62,838 nt of DNA, taken from the sequence record SRR31156797_11538; one strand, given 5' to 3'. Every line of letters begins with the position of its first letter. The stretch's first letter is position 1. The notes under the pieces were generated by a model that was not told where the DNA came from, did no database searches, and saw nothing but the letters and a program-made list of their open reading frames with translations. Below, in pieces: positions 17,995 through 27,879 of this stretch. A program made the translations under genes and the position numbers.

Positions 17995-18446
17995 TGAAAT
18001 TTCATATCTTAAAAAAACAAATGCTGCTGGCCGTCCTCGCTCTCATGCTTCTGGCAACCGCCGGATGCGGTGTTAAGATGTGGCCTGCCCCACAACAGAG
18101 CGAAGATCTGTACACCTTTGCTTCGGTGGAAGGCCGCCGTGTAGGCGAGTGCCTTAAAGTAGTAGTAAAGGTTGACGGCGCATTTAAAAATGTGGACAAT
18201 TTAAGTCTTCAATTTCAAGCCGACGGTTCCGGTCCGGGAGAAGGCTGCCCTACATGTCCTTTCTTCCCGGCTATCAGGAAAAATTTTACTCCCGGTTCCG
18301 ATGGTATTCAATCTGACGGCTCCACTTTCGTGTTCAGCGAATGTGGACTTGATCCCGCTAAAAGCTATCGTTGGAGAGTTGTAGGACGCAATGTCTACGA
18401 CGCACTTGGAGTAGTAATTTCCGACGTATACACAGCTGCACCCTAA
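17994..18446 (+). CDS. Putative lipoprotein with a CxxC motif
   Basis: Lipobox LATAGC; GCPTCPF motif; ATG overlaps the mutS stop (TAATG). Confidence 0.75.
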   Translation: MKFHILKKQMLLAVLALMLLATAGCGVKMWPAPQQSEDLYTFASVEGRRVGECLKVVVKVDGAFKNVDNLSLQFQADGSGPGEGCPTCPFFPAIRKNFTPGSDGIQSDGSTFVFSECGLDPAKSYRWRVVGRNVYDALGVVISDVYTAAP

Positions 18447-18469
18447 TCTTTTAATGGAGTCCTTCCACA

Positions 18470-19708
18470 ATGCATCATTTTGAAATTAAAAATAATGAAC
18501 TTCATGCTGAAAATATCAGCATCACCGAACTTGCCAAAGAATACGGCACCCCGCTTTATATTTATTCCGCAGCCACCCTGCGCAGACATTTCGAAGCGTT
18601 CGATTCCGCTTTCATCGGACTTGACCACATGACCTGCTACTCCGTTAAGGCAAACTCCAACCTGAGTGTGCTCAAGCTTTTAGCTGAAATGGGCGCAGGT
18701 ATGGACATTGTTTCCGGCGGTGAACTCTACCGTGCTCTCAAAGCAGGTGTACCTGCCAATAAAATCGTATTTTCCGGCGTAGGTAAAAAAGCTTACGAAA
18801 TCGCTGAAGCTCTCAAAGCAGACATCCTCATGTTCAACGTTGAGTCTGTGGGCGAACTACACCGTATCAACGAAGTTGCAGAGTCCATGAACAAGAATGC
18901 GCGCATCAGTTTCCGCATTAACCCGGACGTTGACCCCAAGACTCATCCCTACATTTCCACCGGGATGAAAAAGAACAAGTTCGGTCTGGACATGGAAACC
19001 GCTAAGGAAGCCTACAAGACCGCAAAAGATCTTTCCAATGTATCCCCAATCGGCATGGACTGCCATATCGGTTCACAGCTGACCACTATCGAGCCGTTCC
19101 TCGAAGCTCTCGATAAGCTGCTCGCTTTTCGTGACGAACTTGGCGAAATGGGTATCGCAATCGAACACCTCGACCTCGGCGGTGGACTCGGCATCACCTA
19201 CGATGAAGAGGAGCCTCCTCATCCTAAAGAATTTGGCGAAGCACTGAGCAAGGCTTTAGCTGGGAAAGAACTTAAAGTAGTACTTGAACCGGGGCGCGTA
19301 ATTGCTGGTAACGCAGGTATTCTCGTCGGTGAAGTTATCTATACTAAGAAGACCCCGACCAAAGATTTTCTCATCGTTGATGCGGCTATGAATGATCTGG
19401 TACGCCCTTCCCTGTACCAGTCTTATCACCGTATTTCCGAGGTTACTCAGAACAATCGTCCTGAAATTGATTATGATATTGTCGGCCCCATCTGCGAGTC
19501 CGGCGATTTTCTTGCCAAGGACCGTGTTCTGCCCGAAATAAAGCAGGGCGAGCTTATCGCAGTTTACTCTGCCGGAGCATATGGTTTCACCATGTCTTCC
19601 AACTACAACTCTCGCCTGCGTGCAGCTGAAATCATTGTCGATGGCGATGACGTCATCATGGCCCGCAGAAGGGAATCATACGAAGACCTGCTTAAACTGG
19701 AATCTTAA
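18470..19708 (+). CDS. lysA: Diaminopimelate decarboxylase
   Basis: YGTPLYIYS, YSVKANSN, HIGSQ, LEPGR, VGPICESGD and MSSNYN motifs. Confidence 0.97.
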   Translation: MHHFEIKNNELHAENISITELAKEYGTPLYIYSAATLRRHFEAFDSAFIGLDHMTCYSVKANSNLSVLKLLAEMGAGMDIVSGGELYRALKAGVPANKIVFSGVGKKAYEIAEALKADILMFNVESVGELHRINEVAESMNKNARISFRINPDVDPKTHPYISTGMKKNKFGLDMETAKEAYKTAKDLSNVSPIGMDCHIGSQLTTIEPFLEALDKLLAFRDELGEMGIAIEHLDLGGGLGITYDEEEPPHPKEFGEALSKALAGKELKVVLEPGRVIAGNAGILVGEVIYTKKTPTKDFLIVDAAMNDLVRPSLYQSYHRISEVTQNNRPEIDYDIVGPICESGDFLAKDRVLPEIKQGELIAVYSAGAYGFTMSSNYNSRLRAAEIIVDGDDVIMARRRESYEDLLKLES

Positions 19709-19716
19709 TTGTTTAT

Positions 19717-19757
19717 AACAAGGCCATGAGTACTGTAACGGTACTCATGGCCTTGTT
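19717..19757 (+). terminator. Long hairpin/terminator after lysA
   Basis: Perfect 17-bp inverted repeat AACAAGGCCATGAGTAC/GTACTCATGGCCTTGTT. Confidence 0.7.
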
Positions 19758-19840
19758 TGCCTTCGGCGAGCCTCCCGGCGGGCGCTTTCAGCGGGACCAA
19801 AGGGAATAATCCCCTTTGGAATCCCTATCAAGGGATTTTT
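19758..19840 (+). repeat. Intergenic REP-like element variant (TGCCTTCGGCG...CCAAAGGG-hairpin-GAATCCC)
   Basis: Same TGCCTTCGGCG core as 3809, followed by the hairpins CCAAAGGG/CCCTTTGG and AATCCCT/AGGGATT. Confidence 0.5.
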
Positions 19841-19856
19841 CTTTTTTGGAGTAGCA

Positions 19857-20576
19857 ATGGCTAGACTTAATTCGTTTTACATTCCTCCCGAAGATTGGAG
19901 AGAGCCTTTCATTCTTGAAGGTGGTGAAGCAAAGCACCTTGGTAAAGTTTTGCGCACCCGCGTGGGGGATACAGTTCGTCTCTTTGACGGCTGCGGACGT
20001 GAGGGGCTTTTCGCAGTCACTGACATTACCAAGAGCAAAGCTCAATTTGAATTGACTGAAGAAAATACAATCGCCGATCAACGCAACATTACACTTGCTA
20101 TTGGCTGGAATAAAAGTTCTCGCCGGAACTGGATTCTGGAAAAATCGGTTGAGTTGCAAACACGCGGTCTGATTTTTTTTCAAAGTGAATTTAGTCAGGG
20201 TAAAGTGCCTGCCGAGATCAAAGAAAGCTGGAATGAAAAACTGGTAGCAGCTGCCAAGCAGTGCGGCAACACATGGCTGCCAGAGCTTCAGACCGTACCG
20301 GGATCAATTGAAAAGCTGATCGAAGCCTCCGCTTCTTACGCCAATAAACTTTTCTTGTATGAAAAAGCGGATAACGATACGGTGCCGGATAATTCTGTTT
20401 TTGCTGCTGAATCCACGCTGGCCGTAATCGGCCCCGAAGGCGGATTCAGCACGCGTGAAGCCGAATTATTAATAGAAAACGGATTTAAACCCGTTAGTCT
20501 CGGTAACTCGATCCTTAGATGGGAAACAGCTACCCTACTCTGTATGGGAACTGCATATCTAGAAAGACAAAAGTAA
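19857..20576 (+). CDS. rsmE: 16S rRNA m3U1498 methyltransferase
   Basis: HL-KVLR, EKSVEL, AAKQCG, IGPEGGFS and SLG-SILRWETA motifs. Confidence 0.93.
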   Translation: MARLNSFYIPPEDWREPFILEGGEAKHLGKVLRTRVGDTVRLFDGCGREGLFAVTDITKSKAQFELTEENTIADQRNITLAIGWNKSSRRNWILEKSVELQTRGLIFFQSEFSQGKVPAEIKESWNEKLVAAAKQCGNTWLPELQTVPGSIEKLIEASASYANKLFLYEKADNDTVPDNSVFAAESTLAVIGPEGGFSTREAELLIENGFKPVSLGNSILRWETATLLCMGTAYLERQK

Positions 20577-21838
20577 TGAAATTAGAACTTACAGACAACC
20601 AGCCTTTGGCTGACCGTATCCGCCCAAAAAAAATCGACGAATTCTTCGGTCAGAATCATATTCGCGAACGGATTGAGGCTTTTGAGCGTTCCAAAAGACT
20701 CCCCAGTCTTTTACTTTTCGGTCCTCCGGGCTGCGGCAAATCAACACTTGCCATGCTGCTGGCAAAATCTACAGGCCGCCATTTCATGCGCATCAGCGCC
20801 CCGGAATCAGGTATTGCTGCTTTGCGCAAGAAACTCGCTGGCATGGATATTCTTATTCTTGATGAGTTGCACCGTTTCTCCAAAGCACAGCAGGATTTCT
20901 TTTTGCCCATTCTGGAATCCGGTGAAATCACCCTGCTGGCAACAACTACCGAGAACCCCTCTTTCAGTGTTACTCGGCAGTTACTTTCAAGGTTGCATGT
21001 GTTGAGGCTCAGAACGCTGAGCAAGACAGATCTCTTGGCAATTTGCAACCGGGCTTGCGAAGAACTTGAGATTGAACTTAGCGAAGACAGTTTGAACCTG
21101 ATCACTTCAATGGCTGGTGGTGACGGTCGCAGTTTACTCAATCTTTTAGAATATACTTCCCAGCTTCCGGAAGAAAAACGTGAAGCTGAGAATCTGCGCA
21201 AAATCCTGCCGGAAACTGTCGTTCGCGGTGACCGGGACGGTGATTCCCATTACGAGTTGGCTTCGGCACTGATTAAATCCATTCGTGGCAGTGACCCGGA
21301 TGCGGCCCTTTATTATCTGGGCTGTTTGATTGAAAGCGGCGAAGATCCAAAATTTATCACCCGCAGGCTGATCATTTCTGCTGGTGAAGATATCGGTCTG
21401 GCTGATCCATATGCCATGACCATGGCTGTATCCTGCCAGCAGGCAGTTGAATTTATCGGCATGCCGGAAGGTTTTATCCCGCTTTCAGAGGCTGTTGTAT
21501 ATCTTGCGCTAGCCCCTAAGAGTAACAGCACTTATGCGGCCTACCATACTGTAAAACAGGAAATCCGTCAGAACGGTATGCTTTCGGTCCCGTTGCACTT
21601 ACGTAATGCAACCACCAATTTGCAAAAAGAATGGGGGTATGGCCGTAACTACCTCTATCCGCATTCTTACCCGCATTCTTATGTTGAGCAGGACTATCTG
21701 CCACCAGAAATTGCCGACCGTATGTTCTATGACCCCAAAGATCAGGGAGAAGAACCACGCCTTAACGCATGGCTGAAAGGGCAGCGCAGACCGCGTCCGC
21801 AAAGGAAACGTCCTGAACCTAAGAAATGGGGTAAGTAG
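20576..21838 (+). CDS. rarA: Replication-associated recombination protein A (RarA/MgsA AAA+)
   Basis: PLADRIRP, GPPGCGKST, DELHRFSKAQQD, TTENPSF, KSIRGSDPDA, PKSN and VPLHLRNA motifs; start set at the TAATG overlap with rsmE. Confidence 0.95.
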   Translation: MKLELTDNQPLADRIRPKKIDEFFGQNHIRERIEAFERSKRLPSLLLFGPPGCGKSTLAMLLAKSTGRHFMRISAPESGIAALRKKLAGMDILILDELHRFSKAQQDFFLPILESGEITLLATTTENPSFSVTRQLLSRLHVLRLRTLSKTDLLAICNRACEELEIELSEDSLNLITSMAGGDGRSLLNLLEYTSQLPEEKREAENLRKILPETVVRGDRDGDSHYELASALIKSIRGSDPDAALYYLGCLIESGEDPKFITRRLIISAGEDIGLADPYAMTMAVSCQQAVEFIGMPEGFIPLSEAVVYLALAPKSNSTYAAYHTVKQEIRQNGMLSVPLHLRNATTNLQKEWGYGRNYLYPHSYPHSYVEQDYLPPEIADRMFYDPKDQGEEPRLNAWLKGQRRPRPQRKRPEPKKWGK

Positions 21839-21912
21839 CTTTCTGAAGCTATTTTGTTGCCTGCGTTCTTATGGGAGTGTATAATAATATTCAAACCCAT
21901 AAGGACACAGCT

Positions 21913-23058
21913 ATGCCCTCCTTCAATTCCATAATTGTAGAAAATATTATCGAAAGCCTCGTTGTTGGAATAATGGTCATTTCCCATGAAGGAAAGATTA
22001 TTTTTCTGAATTCGGCCGCATGCTCTATTCTGAATTTAGATATGAAAAAGCATCTTGGGTTTGGTTGGGGGGAACTTTTTATTACCGATGCTACCTCCAA
22101 CGCTGAATTCAATCAGGTCATCCTGGATGTCATAAATGAACAAAAGACCGGCCTTAAACATATAGTTGCTTACAAATTAAAAGACCGCGAATGTCCGAAA
22201 AAGCTGTCCATAACATCTTCATATCTGACAGAAAAAGGAGAAGTGGTCGGACTTGTGTTTCTTTTTGAGGATGTAACAGAAATATATGATGCAGAAGAAC
22301 GAGAAAGAAAAATCCTTTCCCGCAATGCTGAGTTACAGAACGAAAGGATAGAAGGGTTGGATTCGCTCTCACAAGCAGTAGCTCATCAGGTGCTTAATCC
22401 CACAACTGTTATTGGCGGAATGACAAATCTTATATCGCGAAAATTGCCACAGGAAGACCCCTTACAGCGTGAACTTAAAATAATTTCTGAAGAGTCCATG
22501 AAACTTGAAGGTTTGGTCGCAGCCGTTAAAACTTATTCAAATATTCCAAAACCATATCCATCTGAGATCAATCCTGTGGAATTGTTTGAAAAGGCATTGC
22601 ACAATGCTAATCTGATACTCGACCGTATTGGCGAGCGAATTGAGATGCAGCTGGATTGTTCTGTGGAAAAAATAACAGTCGGTAAGAGATTGTTTGAAGC
22701 CGCTGTTGTAGAATTGTTACTCAATGCCAGTAATTTTACTCCTGAAAAAATTACTGACGTCAGAATAGAAATCGAGAGAATAAAACAGACCATCCAGATT
22801 AGAATAATTGACCATGGGATGGGCATTGAGCCACATGTGATGACTCATGTGCTGGACCCTTTCTTTTCCACCAAGGCCAAAGGAGTGGGCATGGGGCTTT
22901 CTCGGGTCAAAAAAATAATTTTTGAACATCAGGGCAAACTGAAGATTGAAAGCGAGGGTGCTGGCAAAGGAACCACTGTAAGCATAGAACTACCCTGCCC
23001 TGACGCAGATTGCTGCTCATCCAAAAGAGCATCATTAGCTAAAGAAATTATTAAATAA
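21913..23058 (+). CDS. Cytoplasmic PAS-domain sensor histidine kinase (orphan)
   Basis: PAS (IIFLNSAA...FEDVTE), H-box AHQVLNP, N-box LLLNA, DHGMGI, PFFSTK and GVGMGL; ATG at 21913 follows AAGGA. Confidence 0.85.
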   Translation: MPSFNSIIVENIIESLVVGIMVISHEGKIIFLNSAACSILNLDMKKHLGFGWGELFITDATSNAEFNQVILDVINEQKTGLKHIVAYKLKDRECPKKLSITSSYLTEKGEVVGLVFLFEDVTEIYDAEERERKILSRNAELQNERIEGLDSLSQAVAHQVLNPTTVIGGMTNLISRKLPQEDPLQRELKIISEESMKLEGLVAAVKTYSNIPKPYPSEINPVELFEKALHNANLILDRIGERIEMQLDCSVEKITVGKRLFEAAVVELLLNASNFTPEKITDVRIEIERIKQTIQIRIIDHGMGIEPHVMTHVLDPFFSTKAKGVGMGLSRVKKIIFEHQGKLKIESEGAGKGTTVSIELPCPDADCCSSKRASLAKEIIK

Positions 23059-24255
23059 TTCTTTGATCTGATAATCGTATTTTTCAACTATTTCCTTTAG
23101 AATTTCAGTATCAATTCCCAGAACATCCCATATTTCTTCATCCACTCCTGGAAGCACGTACATTCCTCCATCAGCAATACCAACGGCAAGAGCAAGGTTA
23201 TCTGCGACTTGTAAAATTCCTGCCTCTTTTTGTTTATCGCTCTTCCCCGGGGCGTGGTGGGAACTAATTATTTCAGTTAAGGTCGGTGGGAAATTCCATT
23301 TTTTAAGCATGCAACGCGCAACTTCAGAGTGATTAAATCCAAGAATCATGTCCTCAGCTTCAACTAGAGGAATGAAATTTTCGCGAGCGAAAAGCATTGT
23401 CTGCACTGCACTATAAGGCATCTTTTTAAAGAGAACCAGCCTACCTACGTCGTGCAACAATCCGGCAGTAAACATCATTTCCGGGACAACACCCTCAACT
23501 TTTTCCGCGATGACTTTACAGAAAACCCCGCAAGTCAATGAATGCATCCAGAATGAACGCATGTCGATGAGTTCAGGTGGGATATCCTTAAAATAGCCGA
23601 TGGTGGAAAGACCAAGAGCGAGAGTACAAAGTTCCTTTCCGCCAATCAGAGCCACTGCCCGGACGAGGTTGTTAATTTCAGAGGGGAAGCCATAAAGGGG
23701 GCTGTTAACCAGCTTCAATAACTGAGTCGAAAGCCCAACATCAAGACCTACAACTTCTGCAATATGCTCAGCTGTACTCTTTGAATCTTCAACTACTTCT
23801 TTAACTTTGAAAAAGATATCTGGAAATGATGCGACTTTTAGCTCCGCTTCAACGATATCTTCAATTGTTCCTTCGTCACGGAAAAATAAATCCCGCATTT
23901 CATCAAGAGCGGTAACATGCTGTTCATCTTTGGTAGGAAGCCGCCAGCCTTCCATAATTCGGATTGCGGTTTTATAAACCGCAACATCAAAGAGCTGCAT
24001 CACGACCGCATCATCATGGTTGATAAACATGAAATAATCACGTGCGTAGATAAAAGCCTTGTCAATGCTTTCTTCATCAGGCTCAGCAGCACCTGAGGAC
24101 ACTATCTGTAACTCTTCAATTCCCTGATTTTTGAAAACAGAAATATTCTTATTCGTGAGAACAGAGCCAGAAGGTAAAAGCATTCTGCCTCCCTGCATCA
24201 GGTCTGCAGCTAACACCATACCCGGCTGGACATCATCAATGCTTACTGTCTGCAT
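23035..24255 (-). CDS. HDOD-domain signal transduction protein
   Basis: N-terminal PGMVLA-D motif; LLKLVNSPLYG, FWMHS, AGLLHDVGRL, W-FP and HH motifs. Confidence 0.9.
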   Translation of the reverse strand: MQTVSIDDVQPGMVLAADLMQGGRMLLPSGSVLTNKNISVFKNQGIEELQIVSSGAAEPDEESIDKAFIYARDYFMFINHDDAVVMQLFDVAVYKTAIRIMEGWRLPTKDEQHVTALDEMRDLFFRDEGTIEDIVEAELKVASFPDIFFKVKEVVEDSKSTAEHIAEVVGLDVGLSTQLLKLVNSPLYGFPSEINNLVRAVALIGGKELCTLALGLSTIGYFKDIPPELIDMRSFWMHSLTCGVFCKVIAEKVEGVVPEMMFTAGLLHDVGRLVLFKKMPYSAVQTMLFARENFIPLVEAEDMILGFNHSEVARCMLKKWNFPPTLTEIISSHHAPGKSDKQKEAGILQVADNLALAVGIADGGMYVLPGVDEEIWDVLGIDTEILKEIVEKYDYQIKELFNNFFS

Positions 24256-24285
24256 ATCTAACCTCGTAAATGTTGATTGGCAGAA

Positions 24286-25164
24286 TCAAATCTTATGATA
24301 CGTAATTGTTCCAGCGTGCTGCCTCGGTTTGAACATGTCGTTTACTATATGTAGTGATTCGGAGTGTCCCACATATAAGTGCCCGTTATCAAGTAAATTA
24401 TTGTGAAAACTGCTGAGAACTTTTCTTTTCATCTCCTTATCGAAATAAATAATCACATTGCGACAGAAGACTATGTGCGATCTGGGAACCATTTTTACTG
24501 AATGACTTTGGTTTAAATTAATTTTTCCAAATTTAATTAAGCGCTTAACTTCCGGCTTTATTTGATAAATATCATTCTCTTTTTCAACAAAATAATTAGA
24601 AACTATAGGCGTAGGAGTCGTGCGCAAAGAATATTTTGTATAAATACCCTTCTCCGCCATTTTTAAAACATTTGTTGAAATATCATTAGCTGTTATACGG
24701 ATTCGCCATTTTCGAATGTCATCCTTTAAGGCTTCGTGCAGGATGATCGCAAGAGTATACGGTTCCTCTCCTGAGGAACATCCTGCTGACCAGATTTTAA
24801 TCTCTCGGCGCCCTGTCTTGTTTCCGGCATCAATTAGTTCTTTAAGGGTAAAATTACGAAAAATCTTTAGCTGCGGACTGTCTCTGAAAAAACTTGTTTC
24901 ATTAGTTGTTATCAATTCCGTGAGCATATGCAGCTCTTCGGATTTCCCTTTAGGATGTTTTTTCAAATATTCAATATAAGCAGAATAGCTCTTTAACTTT
25001 AATTCAGAGAGGCGAGGAGCAAATCTATTTTCAACAAGAAAGCGCCTGTTATCCTGCAAATAAATACCAGACAACTCATAGATCATATCTCTGAGCTGTA
25101 AAAATTCATTCTGAGTAATTTTTATATTACCGCTGAAACCATTTCCTGAGAATAAACCACTCAT
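24286..25164 (-). CDS. cheR: Chemotaxis protein methyltransferase
   Basis: TTNETSFFRD, IWSAGCSSGEEPYT, FCRNVIIYFD and GHSES motifs. Confidence 0.95.
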   Translation of the reverse strand: MSGLFSGNGFSGNIKITQNEFLQLRDMIYELSGIYLQDNRRFLVENRFAPRLSELKLKSYSAYIEYLKKHPKGKSEELHMLTELITTNETSFFRDSPQLKIFRNFTLKELIDAGNKTGRREIKIWSAGCSSGEEPYTLAIILHEALKDDIRKWRIRITANDISTNVLKMAEKGIYTKYSLRTTPTPIVSNYFVEKENDIYQIKPEVKRLIKFGKINLNQSHSVKMVPRSHIVFCRNVIIYFDKEMKRKVLSSFHNNLLDNGHLYVGHSESLHIVNDMFKPRQHAGTITYHKI

Positions 25165-25263
25165 ACAATTCTACCGGTGTATAAATATAGTCATATTTTA
25201 TTCGTAGCAAACCTAGTAATATATAATGTCAGTTAGCAGAAATTAGCAGGAATTTCAAAAAAA

Positions 25264-26538
25264 TTATCTGTTATATATTTTCTTCCACTCATCCAAAAAC
25301 AGAACTGCTGTATCCAGAGGGCTCAACTGCCCCTGTTGTGAGCGAACTGCGGCAACTAAATCATCAAACCCTACATTGGCTGGCAACCCAAGCTTTTCTA
25401 TTAGCTTAACTATATCACTTTTCAATTCTTCAGGGAAACTATTGTTGAAAAGTGCTTCAGTCTTCCTTTCAACAGGCCAGTCATTGAAGCTTTCTACAGT
25501 AAAATCAATCAAAGACTGCATTCTAACTTCGTATGTGTGGTCTTTAATAACTCTTGCACGGGCCTTTTTTATATAATTATCCCGCTCTTCCGGGTGTGCA
25601 AGAAAATGTCCAATCTTGCGGTCAAGATCCTCAAGACTCTCAAAATGAGCCAATTCACCTTCATCAAATGCTTCAGCCATGAGCGAACGTTTATCCACAA
25701 GCTGAAAAGCACCACAGGCAGCCAGTTCAAATGTGCGCGGATTGATAAAATCCCCCCTGCTGACCAGCTCTTCGGCATTAATGGAAGAATGCAAGTTAAG
25801 GTTGATCTTGGTGCCATTAAAAATTTTGACACATTCATCAGAGGACACGCGTCTTCCATCAAGCTGAACATAGGGTTCAAGCACATGGTCTCCATCCCAT
25901 TCCGTGCCCCAAATTTTTAAGCCATGATGGATCAATTTTCGGAAGGCCATCCGCCTGTTGGGGTACCCTGCGCCCATGAATGCCACATCGCCGCCGTATT
26001 TGCGGGTATCGACAGAATTAAGTTCTTCAGGCTTATGAAAATCAGGATGGGCAGCCAAAGGAAGATAGAGGGCATTCTCTACCCCGATCTGTTTCAACTC
26101 ACTGAAAAAGGGCTCTTTCTGAATAACGGCAAAGACATCATAAAAAGGTGCAAATGATTGCCAGTAAGTGAACAGACGAAAGTCTTCCACAAACCACATG
26201 GCGGTTTTAACATTATCCTTGCGCAGCCTTTTCAAAGCCTGATGGGTAAGCGGGGCTTGAGCCATAGCTAGAACCATATCCGGCTCAAAGGTCTCAACTT
26301 TCGCTAGCACAGCTTGCGACAGCATGTTTAAGTAACTGTTACGCAAATATTGATGCCTGTCCGAAGTGACCTTTAAATCATCTAGGGCATTGTAAGCTCC
26401 GTAAAAATCCGGAGCTTCAAAGGTCTCAACCAAATGCCCCATTTTTTTCAGCGCAGAAACACAGAATCTACCCACGGGCAACGACCCGCCATAGAGAGGA
26501 AGTACAACCAGAATTCTCAGCACCTTATCATTGTCCAT
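25264..26538 (-). CDS. CgeB/YkvP-like GT-B glycosyltransferase
   Basis: WFVED, YLPLAA, FMGAGYPNR, KINLNLH, NPRTFELAACGAFQL and HTYE-R motifs. Confidence 0.85.
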   Translation of the reverse strand: MDNDKVLRILVVLPLYGGSLPVGRFCVSALKKMGHLVETFEAPDFYGAYNALDDLKVTSDRHQYLRNSYLNMLSQAVLAKVETFEPDMVLAMAQAPLTHQALKRLRKDNVKTAMWFVEDFRLFTYWQSFAPFYDVFAVIQKEPFFSELKQIGVENALYLPLAAHPDFHKPEELNSVDTRKYGGDVAFMGAGYPNRRMAFRKLIHHGLKIWGTEWDGDHVLEPYVQLDGRRVSSDECVKIFNGTKINLNLHSSINAEELVSRGDFINPRTFELAACGAFQLVDKRSLMAEAFDEGELAHFESLEDLDRKIGHFLAHPEERDNYIKKARARVIKDHTYEVRMQSLIDFTVESFNDWPVERKTEALFNNSFPEELKSDIVKLIEKLGLPANVGFDDLVAAVRSQQGQLSPLDTAVLFLDEWKKIYNR

Positions 26539-26554
26539 AACTTTACCTTTATAT

Positions 26555-27775
26555 TTAAGCTGTTATCCAGTCTTTATCTTTATAAAACTTTTCTGCCAGA
26601 TCAGGAAATGGGCCATGTTTGCCAATATCAAGCAATCCTAAATGGCAGCCGAGGAATTTACGCAATCTCTGTCTGCGTTTTCCGCTGGGATCATTCCCGG
26701 CTTTGAGGATGAATTGCGTACCTAAAAAATCGCACCCGGACTCAAATACGGAAATTCCACCAGGCAAATGTTCCGGATTACGGGTCGCGATATATCGTGC
26801 AGCGGATGAATCCTTAAATGGGACCAGACACTTCATATCATGGTAACAAGGATGCGCTTCCATGCAGGGGGAACAGTCTATGTCAGCTTGAAGAATAGTA
26901 TGCCCTTCCCCGTAAGGTCCGGTTTCTGTACACCAAGCAGAAGAAAGGAAAAAACCCAGTACCGGAACACCTAAATGGGCCGCAAGATGCATGGTCCCTG
27001 TATCCGGGGTAATGATCATGTCCAGACCTTTGACTGCATCAACCAGCCCCTGCCAATCAGTTTCCCCGGCAAGGTTAACTGAACTCTGTGCAGCGGAAGC
27101 TGGAAACTTGGAGAGCAATTTTCGTCCGGCATCGCGCTCAGCCTTGCTTCCGAGCAGAAAAATATTTTTATTCTTAATTTTTGACCTTGCAGACATCACC
27201 AACGGAGCCAGAACATCATAAGGCAAAGAGCGTCTGCTTTCACGTCCGGCCAGCACCACCCCGATTCCTTTGCCGCCGGGTTTGGCAACGGTATTTACAT
27301 CTTTAGCCGGTATTATATCCGGGCTGAGCGCAGCCCAATAATCAACCAGATTTATATTGTTGCGTCGTTCAGCGGCTAAACGAAATCCCAGTTCAAACCA
27401 TTGATCTTTAATGGTCTGCCCCTTCACCCTTTTATGGCCTTTGACCTTTTTGGGCTCAAACATAGATGAAAGAGCATAATTCATGGCTGAGAAATTCAAG
27501 TTGTATATTTCGCTGAAATCTATTTTAGATAATTGTCTGAAGATTTCGTAATTAACAGGAAGTACAGTATCTGTTCCCTGTCCTGCTATCCCGCTGCCAT
27601 GGGCAATGAGCGGATGGATTTCGCAGTCCGGGTACAGAATTCGGGCCAGTTCTGCGAGAGAGCGGTCGACGCAGATATGAACTATAAATCCGCGTTGTTG
27701 CAGCGTAAGCACAAGACGCTTGGTCTGGACCAGATCGCCAAATCTTGTCAATTGTATAACCAGAACCCGTTTCAT
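26555..27775 (-). CDS. Glycosyltransferase family 9 (ADP-heptose:LPS heptosyltransferase-like)
   Basis: VLVIQLTRFGDLV, NLAGET, TPDTGTMHLAAHLG and CSPC motifs. Confidence 0.88.
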   Translation of the reverse strand: MKRVLVIQLTRFGDLVQTKRLVLTLQQRGFIVHICVDRSLAELARILYPDCEIHPLIAHGSGIAGQGTDTVLPVNYEIFRQLSKIDFSEIYNLNFSAMNYALSSMFEPKKVKGHKRVKGQTIKDQWFELGFRLAAERRNNINLVDYWAALSPDIIPAKDVNTVAKPGGKGIGVVLAGRESRRSLPYDVLAPLVMSARSKIKNKNIFLLGSKAERDAGRKLLSKFPASAAQSSVNLAGETDWQGLVDAVKGLDMIITPDTGTMHLAAHLGVPVLGFFLSSAWCTETGPYGEGHTILQADIDCSPCMEAHPCYHDMKCLVPFKDSSAARYIATRNPEHLPGGISVFESGCDFLGTQFILKAGNDPSGKRRQRLRKFLGCHLGLLDIGKHGPFPDLAEKFYKDKDWITA

Positions 27776-27879
27776 TAAATATCCATATCCTTGCAAAGGT
27801 TTGATTTTTTAAATTATATATTTTTATCAGCACTTTGTCATTTTACAATATGCCTACTCATTTGATATGCAGGACTTCT

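Noticed and set aside
19788-20183. 131-aa minus ORF over rsmE and the repeat
   Set aside because: Antisense shadow with no coding features.
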